Shown here: positions 27,633-36,612 of the stretch, in pieces | Position numbering within the stretch: position 1 is the stretch's first letter | Layout: the number at the start of each line of letters is the position of its first letter | From: a virus | DNA: 64,000 nucleotides | Strand: one strand, 5' to 3' | Virus genome (UHGV): UHGV-1366990 | Translations under genes and position numbers: made by a program | Notes under the pieces: generated by a model | What the model was told of the DNA's origin: nothing | Database searches by the model: none | The model's input: the letters and a program-made list of their open reading frames with translations, nothing else

Positions 27633-28145
27633 ATGTCCAACGTACAATTTAAGAACGAAAACCCTAATTTCGCGGCGTCCGATAAGTGGCGTCTGACTAT
27701 CGGAGACCTTGTACTCCTAACCCGTAACATCCACGACTTCAGTATACCAGGGGTGTACTCCGAAGGCATCGATGGTCCGTCTCCTGGTGACGTGTTGGTT
27801 TCTATACCTTCAGAGCGTTTAACCTATGATCCCGTCGTATTTACTTTCGTTATAGACGAGGACTGGAAATCATGGTTACAGATCCACCAATGGATTACCA
27901 GCAACGTCGGCAAGGATTTGCCTGTCAGCAAGGACATTACCATTGAATTGCTGGATAACCTCAACCGACCGATTGGCCTCACTCTCGTGCTGGAGGAAGC
28001 CCGCCCGACTGCTTTGGACAACGTACTGGTGGACGTAGACGCGGCTGTACCTCAGCTAGTGACGACAGTGACCTTCAAGTTCCAACAGCTGGTTCCACTA
28101 TCTGGTGGGAAGGCGATTGATTCTAATCCGCAAAATGTGGTATAA
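27633..28145 (+). CDS. hypothetical protein (170 aa; may start upstream)
   Basis: ATG with AAAGGTG upstream; the ORF is open from 27330. Confidence 0.5.
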   Translation: MSNVQFKNENPNFAASDKWRLTIGDLVLLTRNIHDFSIPGVYSEGIDGPSPGDVLVSIPSERLTYDPVVFTFVIDEDWKSWLQIHQWITSNVGKDLPVSKDITIELLDNLNRPIGLTLVLEEARPTALDNVLVDVDAAVPQLVTTVTFKFQQLVPLSGGKAIDSNPQNVV

Positions 28146-28175
28146 TTTTATGACATTGACAAGCTGGGATATTTT

Positions 28176-28628
28176 ATGAAAGAACAACTACAGACAATGG
28201 CTACCGAGGACATCATGAACGAACTGGAGCCGCTGATCACAGTGGACCCAGAAGACATGAACCTTGACCAGATCTCACTGAAAATCGGGCGCTCTTGGAT
28301 GGCTGTACAGCGGCATTATCTGCGCGAGGGACGTTATCTTGAATTTCTCAACGGGCGCTTCCGCCAGATCGACCTCTATCTGCGCCGCTACTATGCAGGG
28401 GAGTTACCCCCTAACATCTACGCAGAGCGCCCCCTGAAGGTTCGCCCCCTGAAGTCTGACCTAGATACATGGGTCAAAGCAGACGATGACTATGTGGAGT
28501 TGTCTGTTCTGTTACAAGAACAAAAAGCAAAAGTCAAGTTCATAGAGACTTGTTTGGATCGCCTGAACAAACTGGGATACGAAGTGAAAAATGCTATTGA
28601 GTGGAGAAAATATATTGATGGTGTATAA
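28176..28628 (+). CDS. hypothetical protein (150 aa)
   Basis: ORF track; acidic N-terminus. Confidence 0.5.
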   Translation: MKEQLQTMATEDIMNELEPLITVDPEDMNLDQISLKIGRSWMAVQRHYLREGRYLEFLNGRFRQIDLYLRRYYAGELPPNIYAERPLKVRPLKSDLDTWVKADDDYVELSVLLQEQKAKVKFIETCLDRLNKLGYEVKNAIEWRKYIDGV

Positions 28629-28643
28629 CGAGGATCACACATA

Positions 28644-29390
28644 ATGGCATCTCTCCAAGATCTACGCAAGCTGAATGACTTCGAAAACCGTCATTACACA
28701 TTCCAGCAATACGAACTTCCTCATAAGGAACTGGAGTGTGTTACGACGGAGAATGGTCGTCATTACGTTTCACCGTCTGGTGTAAAACTGACATCCGTCA
28801 CGACTATGCTGGGACGCACTGGAGATCATGAATGGCTTGAGTCTTGGAGGAAGAAGCTGGGCGCAGAGGCCGCTGATCTTGAGACCATGCGCTGTGCTGA
28901 CCGAGGGGAGAAGCTGCACCTTGCTTGTGAACTGTATCTAAAGAACCGCCCAATGAAAGAAGTGTTGGAAGCGGCTGGCGAATACATGTTCATGTTCAAG
29001 CAGCTGTTCCCTTACCTGAACAAGATGACAAAGATCTATGCTCAGGAGATCCCATTATATAGCGAGGTGCTTGGTCTTGCAGGTCGTGTAGACCTTATCG
29101 GGGTTTATGAGGGTAAACCTGCTGTCATCGACTTCAAGACATCGAACACCATGAAGACGCGGGGCATGATCGAGGATTACAGTATTCAGCTGTGCTTATA
29201 TTCGGTCATGTTCCAGCAGATGTTCGGCGTCAAGATCACCCGCCTCATCAACGTGATTGCCAACGAGTCTTCCCCTCTACCAACCGTCATTGAGTTCAAC
29301 CGTGATGACATTCTGACTAAGATGTTTGAGCGTGTTCGTCTGTATCATCGCATGGATAAAGAACAAAACGGAGTCTGGCCGGATCACTAA
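28644..29390 (+). CDS. RecB-family PD-(D/E)xK nuclease
   Basis: GRVDLIG...VIDFKTS (D...D/ExK) followed by QLCLY (QhxxY). Confidence 0.5.
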   Translation: MASLQDLRKLNDFENRHYTFQQYELPHKELECVTTENGRHYVSPSGVKLTSVTTMLGRTGDHEWLESWRKKLGAEAADLETMRCADRGEKLHLACELYLKNRPMKEVLEAAGEYMFMFKQLFPYLNKMTKIYAQEIPLYSEVLGLAGRVDLIGVYEGKPAVIDFKTSNTMKTRGMIEDYSIQLCLYSVMFQQMFGVKITRLINVIANESSPLPTVIEFNRDDILTKMFERVRLYHRMDKEQNGVWPDH

Positions 29391-29395
29391 ATACC
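29384..29395 (+). promoter_or_regulatory. late-promoter-like motif TCACTAAATACC
   Basis: 24 nt upstream of the helicase ATG at 29419. Confidence 0.4.
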
Positions 29396-29418
29396 CCATA
29401 ATCCTTGGGAGATTTTGT

Positions 29419-30927
29419 ATGGCAGACATTCAGATTGTTAAGGTTAACGAAGTCCGCATGCGTTGCATCGCAGATCTTTCTATCAGGGAAGAACTTAATG
29501 ACTACTTCAAATTCGAAGACCCGAACTTCGTTCCCAACCCCTTCTCTAAATGGGACGGGGTTGTCCGCCTATTTACCAAGTCATCTGGTCTAATCGATAT
29601 CGGTCTGCTGTTTGAGGTATTTAAGTTCTGTAAGAACAACGGATACACCATTGAACTGGATCCGGCACTGAAGTACATTCAGGACATCCCAGATGAAGAA
29701 ATCCGTGAATTCATCGACAGCCTGCATCCAAAGATCCGTACCGAAAATCACGAATATATCGATGCCGAGACTCGTGACTACCAGTACGACACCATCGCCA
29801 AGGCTATGCGTCAAACCAGATGCGTCTGTGAACTGGCTACGAGTGCCGGTAAGTCCTTTATTCTGTATGTCATGGCGCGGTACTACAGGCGGCGCAGAGA
29901 AGCTCTCGAAAGTCCTCTGAAGACGCTTATCGTGGTGCCGTCAATCCACCTAGTCACTCAGCTGTACGACAACTTCGAAGAGTATGCGCATGGCAGTGAT
30001 TGGAAGCCCGTTGTTAACACCCAGCTGATTTTTGAGGGCGCGACAAAGGAGATCAGTAAACCAATCGTCATCAGCACATGGCAGGGCATTCAAGACCAGT
30101 CGAAGGAATGGTTCCACCAGTTCGGCGATATCGTGGTGGATGAAGTGCACACCTCCAAGTCTGAGAAACTGTCTTACATCCTGAACAACTGCATCTATGC
30201 CGACCAGCGCCTGGGGGTTACAGGTACGCTGGCGAACACCAAAGTTGCCGGGCTTCAGGTGGTGGCTCACTTCGGGGCGTACCATAAGATCATCACGGCT
30301 CGCGATCTTATCAATCTCGGGTACGCCACTGACATCAAAGTGAAGATGATTCAGCTGAAGCACACTCCGGCGGATGCTGTTGGTCTAGACGGGGATTATT
30401 CCAAGGAAATAGAATACCTTATTACACACCAGTCCCGCAACGAACTGATCGCCAAGATGGCACTGAATCTGAAAGGGAACGTGGCCATCATGTTCGAGCG
30501 TATTGACGCCCACATGATGGTTGTGTACGATATGCTGAGCGCAGTCAAGCCCAACGTGTTTGTCATCAACGGGGAAGTGAAGATCGAAGACCGCCGCCGC
30601 ATACAGAAAGCGATGGAGGATGGAGAAGATATCACGTTGTTGGCTTCATACGGGACAATGCAACAGGGTGTGTCAATCAAGAAGCTACACCACCTTGTAC
30701 TGGCACACCCGAGCAAGTCATATATCCGTGTCATACAGACATTGGGTCGTCTGATGCGTCAGCACTCCTCTAAGGACGTCGCGTGGATATGGGACTTAGT
30801 GGATGATGCATCGTACAACGCCAGCACGAACCACGCTCTCAGGCACTCTCATGAACGTTACAAGTTTTACCTGGCAGAGCGCCACCCCGTGGAGTTCATG
30901 AAGGTGGCGCTGGGCAATCACGATTAA
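29419..30927 (+). CDS. SF2 DNA helicase (DExH)
   Basis: Walker A ATSAGKS, Walker B VVDEVH, C-terminal helicase motifs; ATG is residue 32 of ORF 29326. Confidence 0.8.
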   Translation: MADIQIVKVNEVRMRCIADLSIREELNDYFKFEDPNFVPNPFSKWDGVVRLFTKSSGLIDIGLLFEVFKFCKNNGYTIELDPALKYIQDIPDEEIREFIDSLHPKIRTENHEYIDAETRDYQYDTIAKAMRQTRCVCELATSAGKSFILYVMARYYRRRREALESPLKTLIVVPSIHLVTQLYDNFEEYAHGSDWKPVVNTQLIFEGATKEISKPIVISTWQGIQDQSKEWFHQFGDIVVDEVHTSKSEKLSYILNNCIYADQRLGVTGTLANTKVAGLQVVAHFGAYHKIITARDLINLGYATDIKVKMIQLKHTPADAVGLDGDYSKEIEYLITHQSRNELIAKMALNLKGNVAIMFERIDAHMMVVYDMLSAVKPNVFVINGEVKIEDRRRIQKAMEDGEDITLLASYGTMQQGVSIKKLHHLVLAHPSKSYIRVIQTLGRLMRQHSSKDVAWIWDLVDDASYNASTNHALRHSHERYKFYLAERHPVEFMKVALGNHD

Positions 30928-31295
30928 TCTTGATTCACATAGGCGGGGGTGGCCTCGCCTTCATCAGTTACTACGCCGAACAATTTATCCAGAGAAGCCA
31001 GACATTGTGAGTTTAGGTGTTCACTGATCGTATCCTTCAGCATTTCTTCGCTGCCCAATTTGAATGGCAGAACTTTCGCTTCGATGCCGTTTTCAAACGT
31101 CACCACACCGACATACAGACCAACTTTCAGACCTGTCATCAAACCCAGAGGGACAAATCGCGGCTCCGATGGTAAGTTCTTGTCTGACGCCAGCTGTGTC
31201 AGATAAACCGGGGTGCCTGTGATAAATTGACCTGTGGTGAGGTTGGCGTCTGGCTTACTACACCCGACTGCGTATAATCCTACGAACTGTTTCAT
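30924..31295 (-). CDS. hypothetical protein (123 aa)
   Basis: Protein-like minus ORF; the overlapping + ORF 30949..31206 is Ser/Arg/Pro-rich junk; convergent with the helicase. Confidence 0.5.
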   Translation of the reverse strand: MKQFVGLYAVGCSKPDANLTTGQFITGTPVYLTQLASDKNLPSEPRFVPLGLMTGLKVGLYVGVVTFENGIEAKVLPFKLGSEEMLKDTISEHLNSQCLASLDKLFGVVTDEGEATPAYVNQD

Positions 31296-31480
31296 ATATT
31301 ACTCTCGTGTGTTGGTTAACATGACATACATATTATTTCGCGTGCATGTTTAGACCAAATAAATTAATTTTGCTGTTGAATAAAAACTGCTTTCTTGTTG
31401 AACAACGGCGTGGTATTATACGAGTTGTGAGCGTTAGCGAACAACGAGTATTTGTTTTATGAGCGAAGCGAATAGGATTA

Positions 31481-31549
31481 ATAAAGATTATTATCTTTAA
31501 TAAAGGTTATTATCTTTAATAAAGTCCATAAATGCCGAAGGCATTTATT
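31481..31549. repeat. tandem direct repeats (TTATTATCTTTAATAAAG x2) plus perfect 8-3-8 palindrome TAAATGCC-GAA-GGCATTTA
   Basis: Read directly in the 360-nt AT-rich divergent intergenic region; operator- or origin-like architecture. Confidence 0.6.
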
Positions 31550-31656
31550 AATAACGCGTAGCGCAATTTGCCACTTGTTCTATAAGCAAAACACAGCGAT
31601 ACTAGATTTCGTCAAACATGACTTGAACCCCCACTATATTTTGAGGATACATACAA

Positions 31657-32325
31657 ATGCAAGAGATCACTCTCTCCGAACGTACACTTCAGTTGCTGGC
31701 CAACTTTGAGACCATCAACCCATCTATCGTTCTGACACCGGGCAAGATGCTGCGCAGTATTAATGATTCTTCTACTGTGATCGCCGTGGCGCAGATCGAA
31801 GAAGACTTCCCGTTTGAGTTCCCGATTCTGGACCTGACCAAACTTCTGGCCATCCAGCGCCTACCTTCCTTCAAAGGTGCCAAAGCCGAATTCCATCAGG
31901 ACTACATCCTGTTGAAAGGCGAAAGCTCTCAGCTGCAATTCTGGCGTTCTGCTAAAGAACTCACTGTTGTTCCGGCTGACACCATTGAACTGCCGTCTGT
32001 TGACTTTGAAGCGATCATCACTCCAGAGAAGATGAAAGAACTGACCCGCGCCTGCTCTACCCTCGGACACAAGACTGTGCGTCTGGTTGCTCAGGGTGGC
32101 AAAACTCGCCTGGTTGCAACCACCACTACCCTGGACAACTCCAACAACTACACTGTTGAGCTGGGCGAAACCGCGCTGCCGGACTTCGTAATGCCGCTGG
32201 ATGTTGCCAACCTGAAAATGATCGAAGGCAACTACACTCTGCGTGCATGTGCTGATCTACAGATGGTGAACTTCCAATCATCAGACGCGACGATCAATTA
32301 CTTCGTCGGCGCACAGATTGAGTAA
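31657..32325 (+). CDS. sliding clamp (T4 gp45-like)
   Basis: N-terminus LQLLANFETINPSIVL resembles recalled T4 gp45 LLKNFATINSGIML; followed by clamp loader as in T4. Confidence 0.8.
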   Translation: MQEITLSERTLQLLANFETINPSIVLTPGKMLRSINDSSTVIAVAQIEEDFPFEFPILDLTKLLAIQRLPSFKGAKAEFHQDYILLKGESSQLQFWRSAKELTVVPADTIELPSVDFEAIITPEKMKELTRACSTLGHKTVRLVAQGGKTRLVATTTTLDNSNNYTVELGETALPDFVMPLDVANLKMIEGNYTLRACADLQMVNFQSSDATINYFVGAQIE

Positions 32326-32405
32326 TCAATCTCCAGCCTGATGCTATAATGTGTGGGCGGGGCGTTCCCCGCCTATTTGAAATGATTCTTCTACACGAGG
32401 CTGAA

Positions 32406-33395
32406 ATGTCTAATATCACTATCGTTTCCGACCAGTACGCATGGGAAAACAAGTACCGCCCTGACAACCTGGACGAGATTATCATCCCTCAAGACGTCCG
32501 CGCTAAAATCCATGGCTACATCACCAGCGGTAACGGCAACATCCCGTCTATGCTGTTCTACTCCCCTCAGCCTGGTACTGGCAAGACTACCTCCGCCCTG
32601 GCCGTGTGTAATGAAATCGGTTGTAAGCAACCACTGATGATCAACGCATCCCTGGACAACAGCATCGACGTTATCCGTGACCGCGTGATTCAGTACTCTA
32701 CTGGTGTGAGCGTATTCGGTGGCCGCAAAGTCGTTATCCTCGACGAAGTAGAGCGTCTGTCTATGGCGGCACAGGAGTCGCTGAAGGGTATTGTGGAGAA
32801 GGTCTCCAAGAACTGTTCATTCATCCTGACCACCAACGCCAAGCAACGTGTGAACGAACCTCTGCGCTCTCGTTGCCGTGAAATCGACTTTATCTGGAAT
32901 GAGACCGAGGCTGATGAGGTCAAACTTCAGTTCATGCGCCGCTGTGCTGAAATCCTTCGCTGCGAAGGTGTTGAGTATGACCCTCCTGTGTTGGCTGCTA
33001 TTGTCAAGCGCCATTTCCCTGATAACCGCCGCATCATGGGTGTTCTACAGGATAACGTCACCACTTACGGCAAGATCGACGAACGTGCACTGGCTGTGTT
33101 AAAATCGGCCGATATGGGCATGTTGGTGAATATGTTGAAGGATAATGACTGGGCTGGGATGAAGCAGTGGGTGACCGACAACCAGAACTATATCACTGAA
33201 GACTTCTATTCCCGCTTCTTCCAGTTCTGTGTACCACAGGATAAAGAGAAGCAAATGTTGGTCCAGAATGAGTCTATCCCTGATCTGGTATGCGTGTGTG
33301 GTCAGTCTCAGATTGAACACCGTCAAGTCGGCGATGTCTGGCTGCATGCTGTGTTTTTCCTGACCAATGTCATGCTCAACATCAAGTGGAAGTGA
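32406..33395 (+). CDS. clamp loader large subunit (T4 gp44-like AAA+)
   Basis: ENKYRP, SPQPGTGKTT Walker A, ILDEVE Walker B, SRC motif; ATG at 32406 after GAGG. Confidence 0.9.
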   Translation: MSNITIVSDQYAWENKYRPDNLDEIIIPQDVRAKIHGYITSGNGNIPSMLFYSPQPGTGKTTSALAVCNEIGCKQPLMINASLDNSIDVIRDRVIQYSTGVSVFGGRKVVILDEVERLSMAAQESLKGIVEKVSKNCSFILTTNAKQRVNEPLRSRCREIDFIWNETEADEVKLQFMRRCAEILRCEGVEYDPPVLAAIVKRHFPDNRRIMGVLQDNVTTYGKIDERALAVLKSADMGMLVNMLKDNDWAGMKQWVTDNQNYITEDFYSRFFQFCVPQDKEKQMLVQNESIPDLVCVCGQSQIEHRQVGDVWLHAVFFLTNVMLNIKWK

Positions 33396-33399
33396 TATT

Positions 33400-33822
33400 A
33401 TGGCCGCCCTTGGATTGTTCGATTACCTGGCTGCTCTGAACAGCAGCAAAGAAAACCTTTTGCGGTCTGATGACCCAGAAGTGTTGAAAGGATTCGACCC
33501 GTTTATGACGCGGCGTGGTTTAGCTCAGAGCAAAGACACTCTAGTGGCTGCGCAACAGATGAATAAGCTACATGCTATCACTCCATGGATGCAATGGTCA
33601 TATGCCTTTTACACCATTCCGGCTCGGAAACGCTACGACAAATGGTCTAAGAAAGGTCCGATTGATCCTGACGTGAAGTTACTCTCCGAGTACTTCTACA
33701 TCAGCATGGAGAAGGCATCGGAGTACGTCCGTTTCTTGCCGAAGGAAGTCCTGGCCGAGATACGCGAGAAGATGAGACGTACTGAGCTGAACGCCAAAGC
33801 GAAACCGCGCAAGGCTAAGTAG
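33400..33822 (+). CDS. clamp loader small subunit (T4 gp62-like)
   Basis: IPARKRYDKWSK resembles recalled T4 gp62 VPRGKRYGKWAK; synteny. Confidence 0.7.
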   Translation: MAALGLFDYLAALNSSKENLLRSDDPEVLKGFDPFMTRRGLAQSKDTLVAAQQMNKLHAITPWMQWSYAFYTIPARKRYDKWSKKGPIDPDVKLLSEYFYISMEKASEYVRFLPKEVLAEIREKMRRTELNAKAKPRKAK

Positions 33823-33851
33823 TTCAAACTATTGTAAAAGGGGAATGAGTC

Positions 33852-34316
33852 ATGGCGCGTAATACGCTAGACATATTGAATATTTCAGCAGTCAACGATG
33901 AGGCCAGCATCGTTGATTGTATGGTTGAAGTTCAATTGAACCAAGATCGGCCAGGTATATTCCTGGGGATCAAGGAAACACTGAGTCGAATTGGGGTAAA
34001 CACGCGCCAAGAGCCGAATACTCTGTATCAGACTTGCCATATTCTTCATAAGTGTGGTAAGTATTATATCGTCCACTTTAAGCATCTATTTATGCTGGAC
34101 GGGCATTACAACGGATTTAACCGCGAAGATGTCCTGAGGATGAACCGAATCATCAAGCTGCTGGAGCAGTGGAACATGGTGAAGGTCATTCATCCTGAGC
34201 AGGTCACCGAAGCAGCCGATATGTCTCGCATTAAAGTGGTTAAACACGATCAGGTTCCTGAATGGAAGCTGGTTCCAAAATACATCATCCGGCCTACAAA
34301 GGCAAAAAGCGAATAA
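33852..34316 (+). CDS. regA: translational repressor RegA
   Basis: LYQTCHILHKCGKYYIVHFKHLFMLDG and EWKLVPKY match recalled T4 RegA; T4 gene order 45-44-62-regA is conserved. Confidence 0.85.
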   Translation: MARNTLDILNISAVNDEASIVDCMVEVQLNQDRPGIFLGIKETLSRIGVNTRQEPNTLYQTCHILHKCGKYYIVHFKHLFMLDGHYNGFNREDVLRMNRIIKLLEQWNMVKVIHPEQVTEAADMSRIKVVKHDQVPEWKLVPKYIIRPTKAKSE

Positions 34317-34332
34317 CTGGAGTCGCTATATT

Positions 34333-35205
34333 ATGACAACTACATTTTCTAAGAACGTGAATCTGAATCTGGCTTTCGGTAATGCAAAGGGCGACGTCAC
34401 ATCGCCCGACTTTGGTAAGATCCGCAATCAGGCGAAACTGGTGCTGGAAGAAACTCGTGAACTGCTAGAAGCGGCGTATTTCGACCACGAGGTGAAAATT
34501 GAGTTCACCGCATCTCCGCGAGTCCTGAAAGAACCCGTTGTTGTCGACATCAAAGACATTATGCGCCAGATCATGGATGCCCAGGGCGACATCACAACAG
34601 TCAACGACGGTTTGGCTCATATTGCTGGTTTCGACGGTGACGAATGCCTACAGCGCGTGTATGCGTCTAATATGAGCAAGTTCGTTCGCAATGAAGGTGA
34701 AGTTGTTCCAGCGCTGGAGTATTACTATAACAAAGGATTCCCACGCGAAAGTCTACGCATCGAAGGGGAATTCCCTCAGGCGTGCATCAAAGTGGTGGAC
34801 ACCATCACTGTCGACAGCAAAGAATACCCGGCTGGCAAGTTCCTGAAGAACATGGCAACCTTCAAAGAGCCTGACTTCTCTGATATGTTGACCACCGAGC
34901 CTAAGCGCCAGATCACCGAAATCATTCTGACGGGCACGGCTACCCCAGGTCGACTCGGATGCAACGAACATGCTGGTGTTGCCTACGCGCCGTTCGATTT
35001 TATTGACGAGATCGTGGGATACACCAAGATGGGTTTCCAGGCGTTCTCTGGCGAAACAGTCGAGAGCTACATTCCCGTGTTTGTTTTCAATGAAGACAAC
35101 TTCCCAACTCTACCGTTGATCTGGGGTGAATGGAAAGCCAACGTCCGTATCTATGTGGCCAGCCCAGTGCAATCATCTATCACCCAACTGACCCGTATCG
35201 ATTAA
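34333..35205 (+). CDS. MazG-like NTP pyrophosphohydrolase domain protein with extra C-terminal domain
   Basis: N-terminal LVLEETRELLEA resembles the all-alpha NTP-PPase EExxELLE motif; C-terminal 170 aa unassigned. Confidence 0.35.
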   Translation: MTTTFSKNVNLNLAFGNAKGDVTSPDFGKIRNQAKLVLEETRELLEAAYFDHEVKIEFTASPRVLKEPVVVDIKDIMRQIMDAQGDITTVNDGLAHIAGFDGDECLQRVYASNMSKFVRNEGEVVPALEYYYNKGFPRESLRIEGEFPQACIKVVDTITVDSKEYPAGKFLKNMATFKEPDFSDMLTTEPKRQITEIILTGTATPGRLGCNEHAGVAYAPFDFIDEIVGYTKMGFQAFSGETVESYIPVFVFNEDNFPTLPLIWGEWKANVRIYVASPVQSSITQLTRID

Positions 35206-35228
35206 GATATACAGTTATTCACTAAACA

Positions 35229-35256
35229 ACAGAGGCTATAATGGCCTCTGTTTTCG
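35229..35256 (+). terminator. hairpin AGAGGC-TATAATG-GCCTCT + TTTT
   Basis: 6-bp stem; the loop contains TATAAT. Confidence 0.5.
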
Positions 35257-35273
35257 TATTCTAAGAGGATACC

Positions 35274-36497
35274 ATGAAAGATAAACCATATGACATCCCA
35301 TATTGCGGTGTCCGTGAAACCAAAATCAAATCAGCCCATCCTATGTTAAGTTCATTCCACCGCCAGCTGGCATATGAATGGATGAGGGATCGTTATGCGA
35401 TACATGTCAAGAAGGACGTGCAATGCCTTCCAGCGCCATGGACGGATAATCCGGTATTACGCCAAGTCAAGTTTTGTAACGTGCGGAGAGAGCACGATAG
35501 ACAGTCTCGAAATTTGATCAATAATATCATCCTCAATCAGGATCTCACGCTATCTGACAAAATGTTCAACTGTGTATTGTTCCGCATGTACAACATGTGG
35601 GAACCTATACAGGCTTTGGGTGGTCCATGGACGATCGAAGAATTCGGAAACATAAATCTTGAATGGTGTCGAAATGTTCTTCAGGAATTCGAATCTAAAG
35701 GTGGCAAAGTTTTCACCAATGCGTTTAATACAGGCGGTCTGAAACAATGCCTGGCTTTCCCCGAACTAGTTGTCAACCACAAGGAGCATCACTTCGGTGG
35801 GATGATGGTGAATCTGATCTGTAAAGACGGTTCAATCCAGAACATGGATTACAAGGAAGCCAAGGCCATCGCTGAAGCAGAGCCGGACTTCTACACCATC
35901 GAAGGTTGGGAACCGTACATGCCAATGCGTGTCATCCGCTCCCTGAAGGCATTCGTCAACAAACACCCTCATTACTTTGATCGCCTCAGGGAATTTAGCC
36001 GTCCCGACTCTGTTTACCAGGCGATGTATGACGACATTGAGGGGCTTGGACCATTCTTGGCATACCAGATTTGGGTTGATTTTACATACATCGATGAATA
36101 TCCATTCAGTGAAAACCACTTCACTATCGCTGGTCCAGGTTGCCGTGCTGGTATCGATCTGTTATTTTTGGACAAGGACGGCATGACGCATGAAGAATGC
36201 ATATTCTGGGTTCGTGATCATCAAGATCAATTGTTCGCTCAGTATGGGTATAAACGTAATGAATTTTGGTCGGCAGAAGAACCGGAAGACCGTTGCATGA
36301 ATGTTATGCAGCTGGAGAACATGTTCTGTGAACTTCAGAAATATACCCGCTGCGTTGAGGCAGTGATGCGCGGGGAGAAACCTCGAGGAAAGGTGGGGTA
36401 TGACGGGAATGGCAGTGCGTATAAGCAACGTTGTGATGAAGTCGTGCTCAAACGTGGTTCCGTCAATTTGCTGGACCGTTTGAAGAAACCTGAATAA
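35274..36497 (+). CDS. hypothetical protein (407 aa), Trp/Cys-rich, function unknown
   Basis: AAGAGGA Shine-Dalgarno; no motif recognised by eye. Confidence 0.6.
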   Translation: MKDKPYDIPYCGVRETKIKSAHPMLSSFHRQLAYEWMRDRYAIHVKKDVQCLPAPWTDNPVLRQVKFCNVRREHDRQSRNLINNIILNQDLTLSDKMFNCVLFRMYNMWEPIQALGGPWTIEEFGNINLEWCRNVLQEFESKGGKVFTNAFNTGGLKQCLAFPELVVNHKEHHFGGMMVNLICKDGSIQNMDYKEAKAIAEAEPDFYTIEGWEPYMPMRVIRSLKAFVNKHPHYFDRLREFSRPDSVYQAMYDDIEGLGPFLAYQIWVDFTYIDEYPFSENHFTIAGPGCRAGIDLLFLDKDGMTHEECIFWVRDHQDQLFAQYGYKRNEFWSAEEPEDRCMNVMQLENMFCELQKYTRCVEAVMRGEKPRGKVGYDGNGSAYKQRCDEVVLKRGSVNLLDRLKKPE

Positions 36498-36612
36498 AGA
36501 TTCCCTTTACTTCGTTCTTCAATAACTCTTTTCAACGTATTATTGACCTCACTTAAACGAAGCGCCCTGGCAAACGGGGCGCACATTTGAACTGAAACAG
36601 GAAGACTACACC

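Noticed and set aside
30949-31206. 85-aa + strand ORF
   Set aside because: Ser/Arg/Pro-rich and fully overlapped by a protein-like minus-strand ORF.
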